Positions 50,275 through 57,646 of a stretch of DNA of 64,000 nucleotides are shown piece by piece (positions within the stretch are counted from its first letter, which is position 1; each line of letters opens with the position of its first letter). Both the position numbers and the translations under genes were made by a program. The DNA comes from an uncultured Spirochaetota bacterium (GTDB taxonomy: Bacteria; Spirochaetota; Spirochaetia; SZUA-6; Fen-1364), in assembly GCA_963745235.1 (NCBI GenBank), contig CAVUXE010000035.1, positions 192,001 to 256,000 on the forward strand, written 5' to 3'. The notes below the pieces were generated by a model. It was not told the origin of the DNA. It did not search any database and was given only the letters and a program-made list of their open reading frames with translations.

Positions 50275-51296
50275 ACAGTCAGGGATAATTTCGTCTGGCG
50301 ATCGATGAAAGTCAAACGCCTGTCGGCCGGAGGCCGCCGTGGTTCAGATGCGATCCGCCGGTACGGCCCGGCGCATGCAGGCCGGGGAAGGAGCCCCGCC
50401 TGGCTCACGATCTCCGGGACGCGATGCTCCCACTCGATGGCCATGATGTGGACGCCGGCCACCCCCTCGATGTCCTTCAGCTGCCGGATGATCTCGCAGC
50501 AGATCTTGATGCCCTCAGCCGCCCCTTTTTCCTTCGGGACCGCCTCCATCCGCTTCAGGATCGACTCGGGGATGATTATCCCGGGCACGTTCTCCACCAT
50601 GTATCGCGCCATGCGGAAGGACTTCAGGGGTATTACCCCGGCAAGGATCCGACACCTGGTGTGCACCCCGAGCGCCCTGACCTTTTCCATCCAGTCCGCG
50701 AAGAGGGCCACGTCGAACACGCATTGCGTCTGGGAGAAGTCCGCCCCCGCGTTGACTTTCTTTTCCAGGAGACGAGCCCGGAGCTCGTAGGGGAATGCAA
50801 ATGGATTTGCCGCCGTGCCGATGAACAGGGGAACTTTCCCGGACACCTCTTCGTCGTTCCCGAGCACGCGCTGCTCGTCCCGCAGCCTCTTTACGGCGGC
50901 GACGAGCTGGGTGGAATCTATGTCGTAGACCTTCTTGGCCCCCGGCTGGTCACCCAGGCTGTGGTGATCTCCGGAGATGCACAGGATGTTCTTCACGCCG
51001 AGCGCCGAGGCCCCGAGGATGTCGCTCTGGATTGCGATGCGGTTGCGGTCACGGCAGGTCATCTGCATGACAGGCTCGACGCCCTGCCTCACGAGGAGCG
51101 CCGCGCACGCGATGCTGGACATGTGGACCATTGCGCTCTGGTTGTCCGTGACGTTCACCGCGTCCACCGAGCCGCGAAGCTGGCCGGCTTTCTTCTCCAC
51201 AACGGCGGTGTCGGTGCCCCGGGGCGGTCCGAGCTCCGCTGTCACTGCAAAATGGCCCTCGGAAAGGACCTTCTCGAGGTTGCTTCCGGCTTTCAT
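50241..51296 (-). CDS. metF: Methylenetetrahydrofolate reductase, MetV-associated type (C-terminal tail possibly extended by an indel)
   Basis: 'VTAELGPPRG', 'NVTDNQ', 'MTCRDRNRIAIQSD', 'KKVNAGADFSQTQ', 'GVHIMA'; ATGA overlap with metV. Confidence 0.9.
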   Translation of the reverse strand: MKAGSNLEKVLSEGHFAVTAELGPPRGTDTAVVEKKAGQLRGSVDAVNVTDNQSAMVHMSSIACAALLVRQGVEPVMQMTCRDRNRIAIQSDILGASALGVKNILCISGDHHSLGDQPGAKKVYDIDSTQLVAAVKRLRDEQRVLGNDEEVSGKVPLFIGTAANPFAFPYELRARLLEKKVNAGADFSQTQCVFDVALFADWMEKVRALGVHTRCRILAGVIPLKSFRMARYMVENVPGIIIPESILKRMEAVPKEKGAAEGIKICCEIIRQLKDIEGVAGVHIMAIEWEHRVPEIVSQAGLLPRPACAGPYRRIASEPRRPPADRRLTFIDRQTKLSLTVWQIERAVRLK

Positions 51297-52015
51297 GCGC
51301 TGTCCTTGTCGAATCGCGGGTCGTAGCGCTCTTCGAATCCCCGCTGGACGAGCACTCCCTGTCCTCTTTCGAGCCATTCCTTCGGGGGCTGGATCTCCAT
51401 CATGTCGTCGACCCTTCCCTGGGCCAGCAGTCGGTCGTAGATTGCGTTCCACGCGCAGCGAAGGCCGCCGCCCAGCTCGCATTCGCCATCGGAGCGCGTG
51501 CCTCCGCACGGGCCGTTGAGGACTCCCTTCGAGCAGCGGGAGAGGGGGCAGATGCCTCCCGTGAGACCCAGGACGCACCTCTTGCAGGTGCGGCAGCGCT
51601 CTTCGTACAGCCCGACGTCGACGTCGACGCCGATGAACATTGTGTCAAGCGCCGGGAAAACGGGCTTGGTCGGGTACCTGTCTCCCAGGTTCTGCGTGCC
51701 CGCTCCACAGGCGCCGGAAAGGATGCAGTCCGCGTTCTGGACGAGGTCCGTGATGTCTTCCAGGAACTGCGCGTTGCATTGCCGCTCCACGGTGACGCAG
51801 GAGAACTGGAGGGGTACCTTCTCCCGGCGGGAAAGCTCCGTCAGCTCCTCGTTCAGGGCCAGGACTTCTCTCTGCCCTCCCGCCATGCAGACCGAGGTGC
51901 AGCCGCCGCAGCCGACTGTGAGCACCTGGAGGACGTCCCGCGGGCGCCGCTTCTCCTTGTAGCCCCGTATCAGCGCGAATATCTCTTCCAGGGGCTTTTG
52001 CTTTGCCTTTACCAT
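51293..52015 (-). CDS. metV: MTHFR small Zn/FeS subunit
   Basis: 'GCGGCTSVCMAGG', 'ERQC', 'ACGAG', 'CRTCKRCVLGLTGGICP', 'CSKGVLNGPCGG', 'CAW'. Confidence 0.88.
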   Translation of the reverse strand: MVKAKQKPLEEIFALIRGYKEKRRPRDVLQVLTVGCGGCTSVCMAGGQREVLALNEELTELSRREKVPLQFSCVTVERQCNAQFLEDITDLVQNADCILSGACGAGTQNLGDRYPTKPVFPALDTMFIGVDVDVGLYEERCRTCKRCVLGLTGGICPLSRCSKGVLNGPCGGTRSDGECELGGGLRCAWNAIYDRLLAQGRVDDMMEIQPPKEWLERGQGVLVQRGFEERYDPRFDKDSA

Positions 52016-52034
52016 TTCCGGTTCCTCCTCGGCG

Positions 52035-52427
52035 TCATGCGTTTCGCTCACCGTCGTACGTGCGGAAGACGCCTCTTTCTCTGCAGACGCTGCGGGCGCA
52101 GGCTATCAGTGACGGGATGCTGACCCCGACGGGGCAGTAGCAGCGCATGCACAGCACGCACCGGTCCCAGACCAGCTCATTGATCGCGCGATACTCCGCT
52201 TCGGACAACCTGCCTTTTTTCCGGTAGATCTTTCCGATCGAGTTGATGGCTTTGTACGAAGGGGTGTAGCCGGGGTCCCCGCCGCTTGACTGGAACTTGA
52301 AGCAGCTCTCAGCGCAAAGGGCGCAGTGCATGCACGCCTGGAGGGACAGCTGGATCATTTCCCTGTTCCTCGTGAGAACACGCGAGATGCGATGCGCCGT
52401 GATGGCGTCTTTCGTGGATTCGTTCAT
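52035..52427 (-). CDS. Stand-alone 4Fe-4S dicluster protein (TmcB/HmcF/DsrK N-terminal-like, no CCG domain)
   Basis: 'CMHCALCAESC', 'PSYK', 'CVLCMRCYCPVG'; ATGA overlap with the upstream gene. Confidence 0.85.
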   Translation of the reverse strand: MNESTKDAITAHRISRVLTRNREMIQLSLQACMHCALCAESCFKFQSSGGDPGYTPSYKAINSIGKIYRKKGRLSEAEYRAINELVWDRCVLCMRCYCPVGVSIPSLIACARSVCRERGVFRTYDGERNA

Positions 52428-53392
52428 GCGCCCCTTCCCCAGGCCCTTCTGGCCGGCTTCCATGCATACTCCCCCGAGGCGGAGAACCGGGAGAAAAGGA
52501 GGAACGGCATGTGGCCCAGCTTCGTGAAAGGGATTGCCAGGAGGACCGCATCTCCCGCGACGATGTGTCCAATCATCAGCCATCGTGAAGAGGAGACATG
52601 GTGGTAGAGCATCAGGCCCGTCACGAACGGGGCAAGGACCAGCACCAGGATCAGGTAGTCATACAAGGTTGAAAGCACGCGCACCCGCGGGACGGCGAGG
52701 CGGCGCACAAGGAAGAAGCCGCCGAGGAGGACAAGGATAATGGTAAGCCAGTCGGCGAGCTGCGCGGGGATGGCAGGCAGCCGCGCATGAATGCTGTGGT
52801 ACAGGATCATGTTGTGCGCGGGAAGGAGCAGGGGAACGAGAAACAGGAGGACGTGAAAGATGAGGCTGACCGTCCTCATTGTCGGGTGGGACAGGCTTTT
52901 CGGCCCGGCGGGTCCCACGAACAGGATTGACCGCAGGGATCGCCGCGCGGGAGGAGAAGCGGCCACGGCGGGTCGTGGGGAAAGGGGCCCACGCGCGGGC
53001 CGCCGTCTGGTGAGCCGTATGAACTGCCGCAGCCTGTACAGGATTCCCAGCGCAGCCGCCAGGAGGCAAAAGCGGAGAGCAGGCCCCGCCGCGAAGTTGT
53101 AGAGCGTGCCCGAAAGCTCCCGCTGCGTCCTGGGCGCTCGCGAGGCAGAGCCGGTGGCAGCCGTGCCGGCGCCGGGTGCCTCATGCTCTGCCCGTGAGGC
53201 CGACGTGGTTGCATCCACGGTGGCGCGGGAAGCGGAGGTCGGTCCTTCCTTCGGCGCTTCCGCGGTTGTCCTGGATGCCGAGGTCGTTGCGTCAGCCTGT
53301 TCCGCCCAGGAGAGGGCAGGGGTGATGCAGATCACGATTGCAAGAGCCCCCGGCAGCCAGAGCCCGCTCCGGGGGATGCGTTTGACGGGCAT
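52424..53392 (-). CDS. TmcC/HmcE/NarI-like di-haem cytochrome b membrane subunit with an N-terminal signal peptide and repeat arm
   Basis: 'LYNFAAGP', His pairs 'FHVLLFLVPLLLPAHN' and 'HIVAGDAVLLAIPFTKLGH', 'RRLAVPRVRVLSTLYDY'. Confidence 0.82.
   Translation of the reverse strand: MPVKRIPRSGLWLPGALAIVICITPALSWAEQADATTSASRTTAEAPKEGPTSASRATVDATTSASRAEHEAPGAGTAATGSASRAPRTQRELSGTLYNFAAGPALRFCLLAAALGILYRLRQFIRLTRRRPARGPLSPRPAVAASPPARRSLRSILFVGPAGPKSLSHPTMRTVSLIFHVLLFLVPLLLPAHNMILYHSIHARLPAIPAQLADWLTIILVLLGGFFLVRRLAVPRVRVLSTLYDYLILVLVLAPFVTGLMLYHHVSSSRWLMIGHIVAGDAVLLAIPFTKLGHMPFLLFSRFSASGEYAWKPARRAWGRGA
53138..53296 (-). repeat. Four peptide repeats ADATTSASR / EGPTSASR / VDATTSASR / AATGSASR
   Basis: Read directly in the translation, between the signal peptide and the first TM helix. 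Confidence 0.85.
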
Positions 53393-53399
53393 GCCTTGC

Positions 53400-54038
53400 C
53401 TACGCGCCGACGATGGCCTTGAGCTTCTCCGCCGCTGAGGCTGCATCTGCTGCATAGCCGTCAGCGCCGATCTCCCGGGCGTACTGGTCCGTGAGCGGCG
53501 CCCCGCCCACCAGGAACTGCACCTTGTCGCGAAGCCCTTCCTTCAGGAACCGGTCAATGACGTCTTTCATCCCCGTCATCGTCGTGGTGAGGAGGGCCGA
53601 CATCCCGATGGCTTTGGCGTCCGGGTTGTCCTTCAATCCCTGGAGAAACTTGTCCGCCGAGACATCGATCCCCAGGTCCACCACTTCCATTCCCGCTCCC
53701 TGCGCCATCATCTTCACGAGGTTCTTCCCGATGTCGTGCAGGTCTCCCTTCACCGTGCCGAGCAGCATCTTCCCGATTGGCTTTATGCCCGCTTTCACAA
53801 GCTCGGGGCGGAGGATCTCCATGCTCTGGTTCATGGCCCGGGCAGCGATGAGAACCTCGGGAATGTATACCTCATTTGCCTTGAACCGCCGGCCGATCTT
53901 CTCCATCCCGTCCAGGAGTCCCTGGTTCAGGATTTCCCCGGCGCTCTGCTTTGCCGCAAGAAGTGAGGATGTAAGCTCCTTCGCCGCGCTTGCGTTGCCC
54001 TTCTGGATTGCCTCAGAAAGCTCCTGATATGTCGCCAC
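53400..54038 (-). CDS. Methyltransferase-cognate corrinoid protein
   Basis: Four-helix cap 'YIPEVLIAARAM', B12 motif 'GDLHDIGKNLV', 'SALLTTT', 'VGGAP'; GTG start 54038. Confidence 0.92.
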   Translation of the reverse strand: MATYQELSEAIQKGNASAAKELTSSLLAAKQSAGEILNQGLLDGMEKIGRRFKANEVYIPEVLIAARAMNQSMEILRPELVKAGIKPIGKMLLGTVKGDLHDIGKNLVKMMAQGAGMEVVDLGIDVSADKFLQGLKDNPDAKAIGMSALLTTTMTGMKDVIDRFLKEGLRDKVQFLVGGAPLTDQYAREIGADGYAADAASAAEKLKAIVGA

Positions 54039-54188
54039 CGTCCACCTCTCTTTCGGGCGTTGTTCGTGTCCGTGTGGCTTCATCATGCATCCGGAATCAC
54101 CGGGCGTATTGTATGATTCGTGCCCGTTTTGTAAAATTCTGCTATTCGCCGGGTGAGGGATTTCCAGCGAGGCTCCTCAGCGTGAAGG

Positions 54189-54926
54189 CTATGCCTTTCG
54201 AGCCTTTGACCGCAGCCTCTTCTTGGGTGTCGCTGCCCTCTTTCGCGCGGCGGGGCGTACCGGCTTCGGAGACGCCAGCTTTTTCAGCTTCTTCTCGAGT
54301 GAACCCGAATATTCCTCCAGATGCAGGAGGACATTGAACACGTCCTCGAGCGCCCGGTCGTAGAGCTCGCGGGCGCGAGCGGGATTGGCTCTTGTCAGCT
54401 CCTTGACGTCGTGGAAGGCGACAACAGTGTTGTCCTCCGCGGCAACGATGTCCGCTGGCCTGCTTTTCTGGTGAAAAATGGCTGCCGAGCCGGCCATGGA
54501 TCCCTGCCGGTACTTGAGGCCGGGGAGTCCCGCGTTCTGGGCGGACCCGCGTACTATTTCGCAGGCCACCGCGATGCCCTCTCCCTTGTCGAGGATAACG
54601 TCTCCACGATTGAAAGTGCGTGTGTCGCCCGCGGCCTCCGCGCCCTCCACGGGCTGAGTGAACACCGAGCCGGATGTCAGGCCTCCGAGGCGCTCGTAGG
54701 ATCCTGAGACCTTGAAGATCTCCGGGTTCGCAAGCTGGTGCTTTCTGCCGTGCAGTGCGTCGTGCTTTATGAATGCCATGTTTTTGGCTATTTTCAAGGC
54801 TTCCGAGTCCACGTCCGCCTCGGTGACGCCCATGAAATTTTCCTTGACGATAAACTCCGACGCAAAGGTGCACCCGGGTTCCCGGCACCTGATCTTGTAT
54901 ACAGCTTCCTTGAGCCTGAAGGACAT
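54189..54926 (-). CDS. Cyclic-nucleotide-binding-like domain protein with putative N-terminal metal finger and basic tail
   Basis: 'FNRGDVILDKGE', 'IVRGSA', 'RPADIVAAED'; N-terminal CxxxxC...HxxxHxxxH. Confidence 0.65.
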   Translation of the reverse strand: MSFRLKEAVYKIRCREPGCTFASEFIVKENFMGVTEADVDSEALKIAKNMAFIKHDALHGRKHQLANPEIFKVSGSYERLGGLTSGSVFTQPVEGAEAAGDTRTFNRGDVILDKGEGIAVACEIVRGSAQNAGLPGLKYRQGSMAGSAAIFHQKSRPADIVAAEDNTVVAFHDVKELTRANPARARELYDRALEDVFNVLLHLEEYSGSLEKKLKKLASPKPVRPAARKRAATPKKRLRSKARKA

Positions 54927-55041
54927 GGTTGGCCTCCTGTCGATGCGACACTCAGAATTTCATATGAATACCGCGCCATTTTCCATCACATTTGAGGAAA
55001 AAGCAACGGTGAGCCGGGCTGACAAAAGACGGGATGCGCCG

Positions 55042-55987
55042 TTATCGCGCGCGGATGGCGTAGGGAAGCTGCCCGTGTATGGTGCCGGCAGAAGGATCCG
55101 CGCTGAACCGCCACAGTCGCACGGCCTCCACCACAGCTGCGTCGACCTCGTTGTATCCGGACGACGCTTCCACGTTGACGTCCCTGAGGAGCCCATCCGG
55201 GGTGAGCGTGAAAGTGACCAGGACGGTGAGACTGAGACCCTCCTTGCTCACCCACTGCGGGATCTTTGGCTGCGGAGACGCGAGGAGCTTGCGGGCCTTC
55301 GCTGCGCCCGGCTGGTCCCACTGGAAGCGCAGGTCACCCGTGCCGCCTCCACCCTGGCCCGCGTTTCCGCCTCCCCCGCCACCGCCTCCGGAGGCGGCTT
55401 CCTCCTGGCCTCCGGATCCCTGTGCCCCTGCCGCAAGAGACTTGTCCAGGGAGCCCAGGTCCAGCGCGCCCTTCGCGGGAGCCTGCCCTCCGCCTTCCAC
55501 CAGCACCCCGCGCGCGGGCGCGCCCGTCGGGGCTCCTCCGCCGGTTGCGGCGGCGCCCCCTTCCTGCGAGGCTTTCACGCGCGGAAACACAGGCTCCTGC
55601 ACGGGCGATGTCGCCGGCTGAGCGCCGCCGGCCTGGAAGTTGCTCGGTCCGGCCGCTCGAAAAGCGGGCCCGCTGGGTTGGGTCGGCCCCGTGCTCGTGC
55701 TCTGGCGAGGCGTCGGAATCACGAAACCCTGGCTGCTGCCGCCTCGGGACTGCGTCGTGGCGGTTGCCGCAACCTGGGGTTGTCCGGGCAGGAAGAGCGG
55801 GGCCGCTCAGCGTGCCCGGCACGAGGTCCACGCTCACCGGCGCGAGGTTCGACGGGCTCTGCAGGCGGACAATCGCAAACAATACGAAAACAAGAATGTG
55901 CAGGAGCACGGCGACGAGGAACGCCGCAAGGAGGCGTCTGGAATCGCTGTGCTGAGGGTCCATCATCTGCTGTGCTGCGCTGCTCAT
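55042..55987 (-). CDS. TonB-family energy transducer (frameshifted)
   Basis: TM 'AVLLHIL', Pro/Gly-rich linker, TonB_C 'VLVTFTLTPDG...VEASSGYNEVDAAVVEAVRLWRF'. Confidence 0.85.
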
Positions 55988-55998
55988 CTTCAGCTCTC

Positions 55999-57646
55999 TT
56001 AGAAGCTCAATCTCAGGCTCGCCACCACGCGGAACCCGGGCTCCGCGTAGGGGTACAGGCTCGGCCCAAAGCGATCACCGCCCAGCAACGGCCACAACAG
56101 GTCATACAAGTCCAGACGGAGCTGGGCGGGCTCCGACACTCGCACGAATCCTCCAACGTCCAGCTCAGGGAGCTGGGCGGACGGAGGCAGCCCGGTGAGC
56201 ATTGTCACGGCGACCTGTCCCCCGTACGCTCCCGTGGTCTCCATGGCAATCGCCTCCGCCGTTATCTCGTCCACCGCAACGAAGGACGGCCTGTCCATGA
56301 GCTCTCGATTCCAGCTGCCGCTCAACGTGACGCCCGGAGTGATTGTCCACCGAACACCTGCGTCGCCGGTGAGCCGGTTGGCGGCCCGCTGGTCGACCAG
56401 GAAGAGACCCGTGGTGGATCCGGATCCGCCAGGCACGGGATAGAAACTGCCTCCCGCAAAGGCATCCGATGTCAGCATGTTGGTGCTGCTCATGAACGAG
56501 AGCCCGGCCCTCACGCTGAACGATTCAGCGAGGGCAAGCTGGACACTCGCATCTGAGAACCATCCGCTGTCATCCACGAGGTTCACAGGAATAAGGTACG
56601 GGTTGAGGGCAAGAATGTCACCTGCATCATAGGTGACCACCTTGTAGCCAAAGGAGGCATCGATGGTGAGGGCCGAAAAGGGCGCCCCGGTCACATGGAT
56701 CGAAAAAGGAAGCAAGCTGTTGCCCTGGGAGCTCAGGAACCATGCGATGGAGCCCTCCAGGAGGAGCGACCCGGGGAAATCCAGGGCCATCGAAAGTCCC
56801 GTGTTCAGCCGCTGAACCTGGTCGTCACTGCCGGTGTACAGGTGCGCCAGGCGGTAACTGTAGTCGCCGGATATCCCGGCGGTGAATATCCCGGAGTGCG
56901 CGCTCGCCGACAGGTGCGATGCCCCCTTGTACTCGCTTGCCTGGCCCGGACCCGCTACGCGTGCCGGCGAGCGTCAAAGAGTCGGTGAGCCCCGTGACGG
57001 ATCCGTCCACGGTCAGCCAGTCCAGGGGCTGCACGCTCAGTGTGGCGGTGCCGTCAAGGTTGCGGCCCAGCCGATAGAAGTAGTCGGTGCTCTGGTTCTG
57101 CAGTCCCATCTCTTTTTCAGCGTAGCTTCCCTGGAAGCCTCCGTTGAAAGGCCCGAGTCGGCCGGACACATTTCCCGCTATCGAGTCGGTCCGCGTGTCA
57201 AAGCCAGATCCCTGTGCCTGCCCCGAGATGCCATCCGCCGTATCGTGGGCAAACGAAAGGCTGGCCTGGGCGTTCTGGCCGGTCGTGGTCACGTTGAGGT
57301 CACCGACCACCCGGTTCTGCGATCCGATTCCAAGGGTTGCCTGCGTTGCCAGCGGGCGGGGAGGGCTGGCAGGTCCTCCCAGGGGATCGGCGCCTTCCAC
57401 TGCCAGGCTTCGGACCGGCGGCTCCACGGCCAGCTCCGGCGCTGGCGGCAGAAGGACGTCCGTTTTCACGATGACCGGGGCCTCGGCTGGCGGCAGCATG
57501 GACTGGACGTTTTCCACGCTCAGGTCCTTGATGTCGAGGGTCACCTCCGGCAGGACAAGCTCGGGGGCCGAGGGCTGGTCCGCCGCCGCGGCGAAAGCGG
57601 GGAGGAGGACCATCATGACGAAGGAGAATCCGCTCAGTCTGCTCAT
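55999..57646 (-). CDS. Outer-membrane beta-barrel protein (frameshifts around 56800-56960)
   Basis: Signal peptide, N-terminal 'LPEVTL', amphipathic strands, terminal 'GFRVVASLRLSF'. Confidence 0.72.

Noticed and set aside
23089-50300. Prophage, ICE or IS element
   Set aside because: No integrase, transposase, phage or conjugation genes, and no terminal repeats seen.
54040-54188. Cobalamin or THF riboswitch upstream of the corrinoid/metF operon
   Set aside because: The region is short and lacks the B12-box and other hallmark motifs.
54712-56556. 614-aa plus-strand ORF
   Set aside because: Arg/Ala/Gly-rich antisense of the cNMP, TonB and barrel genes.
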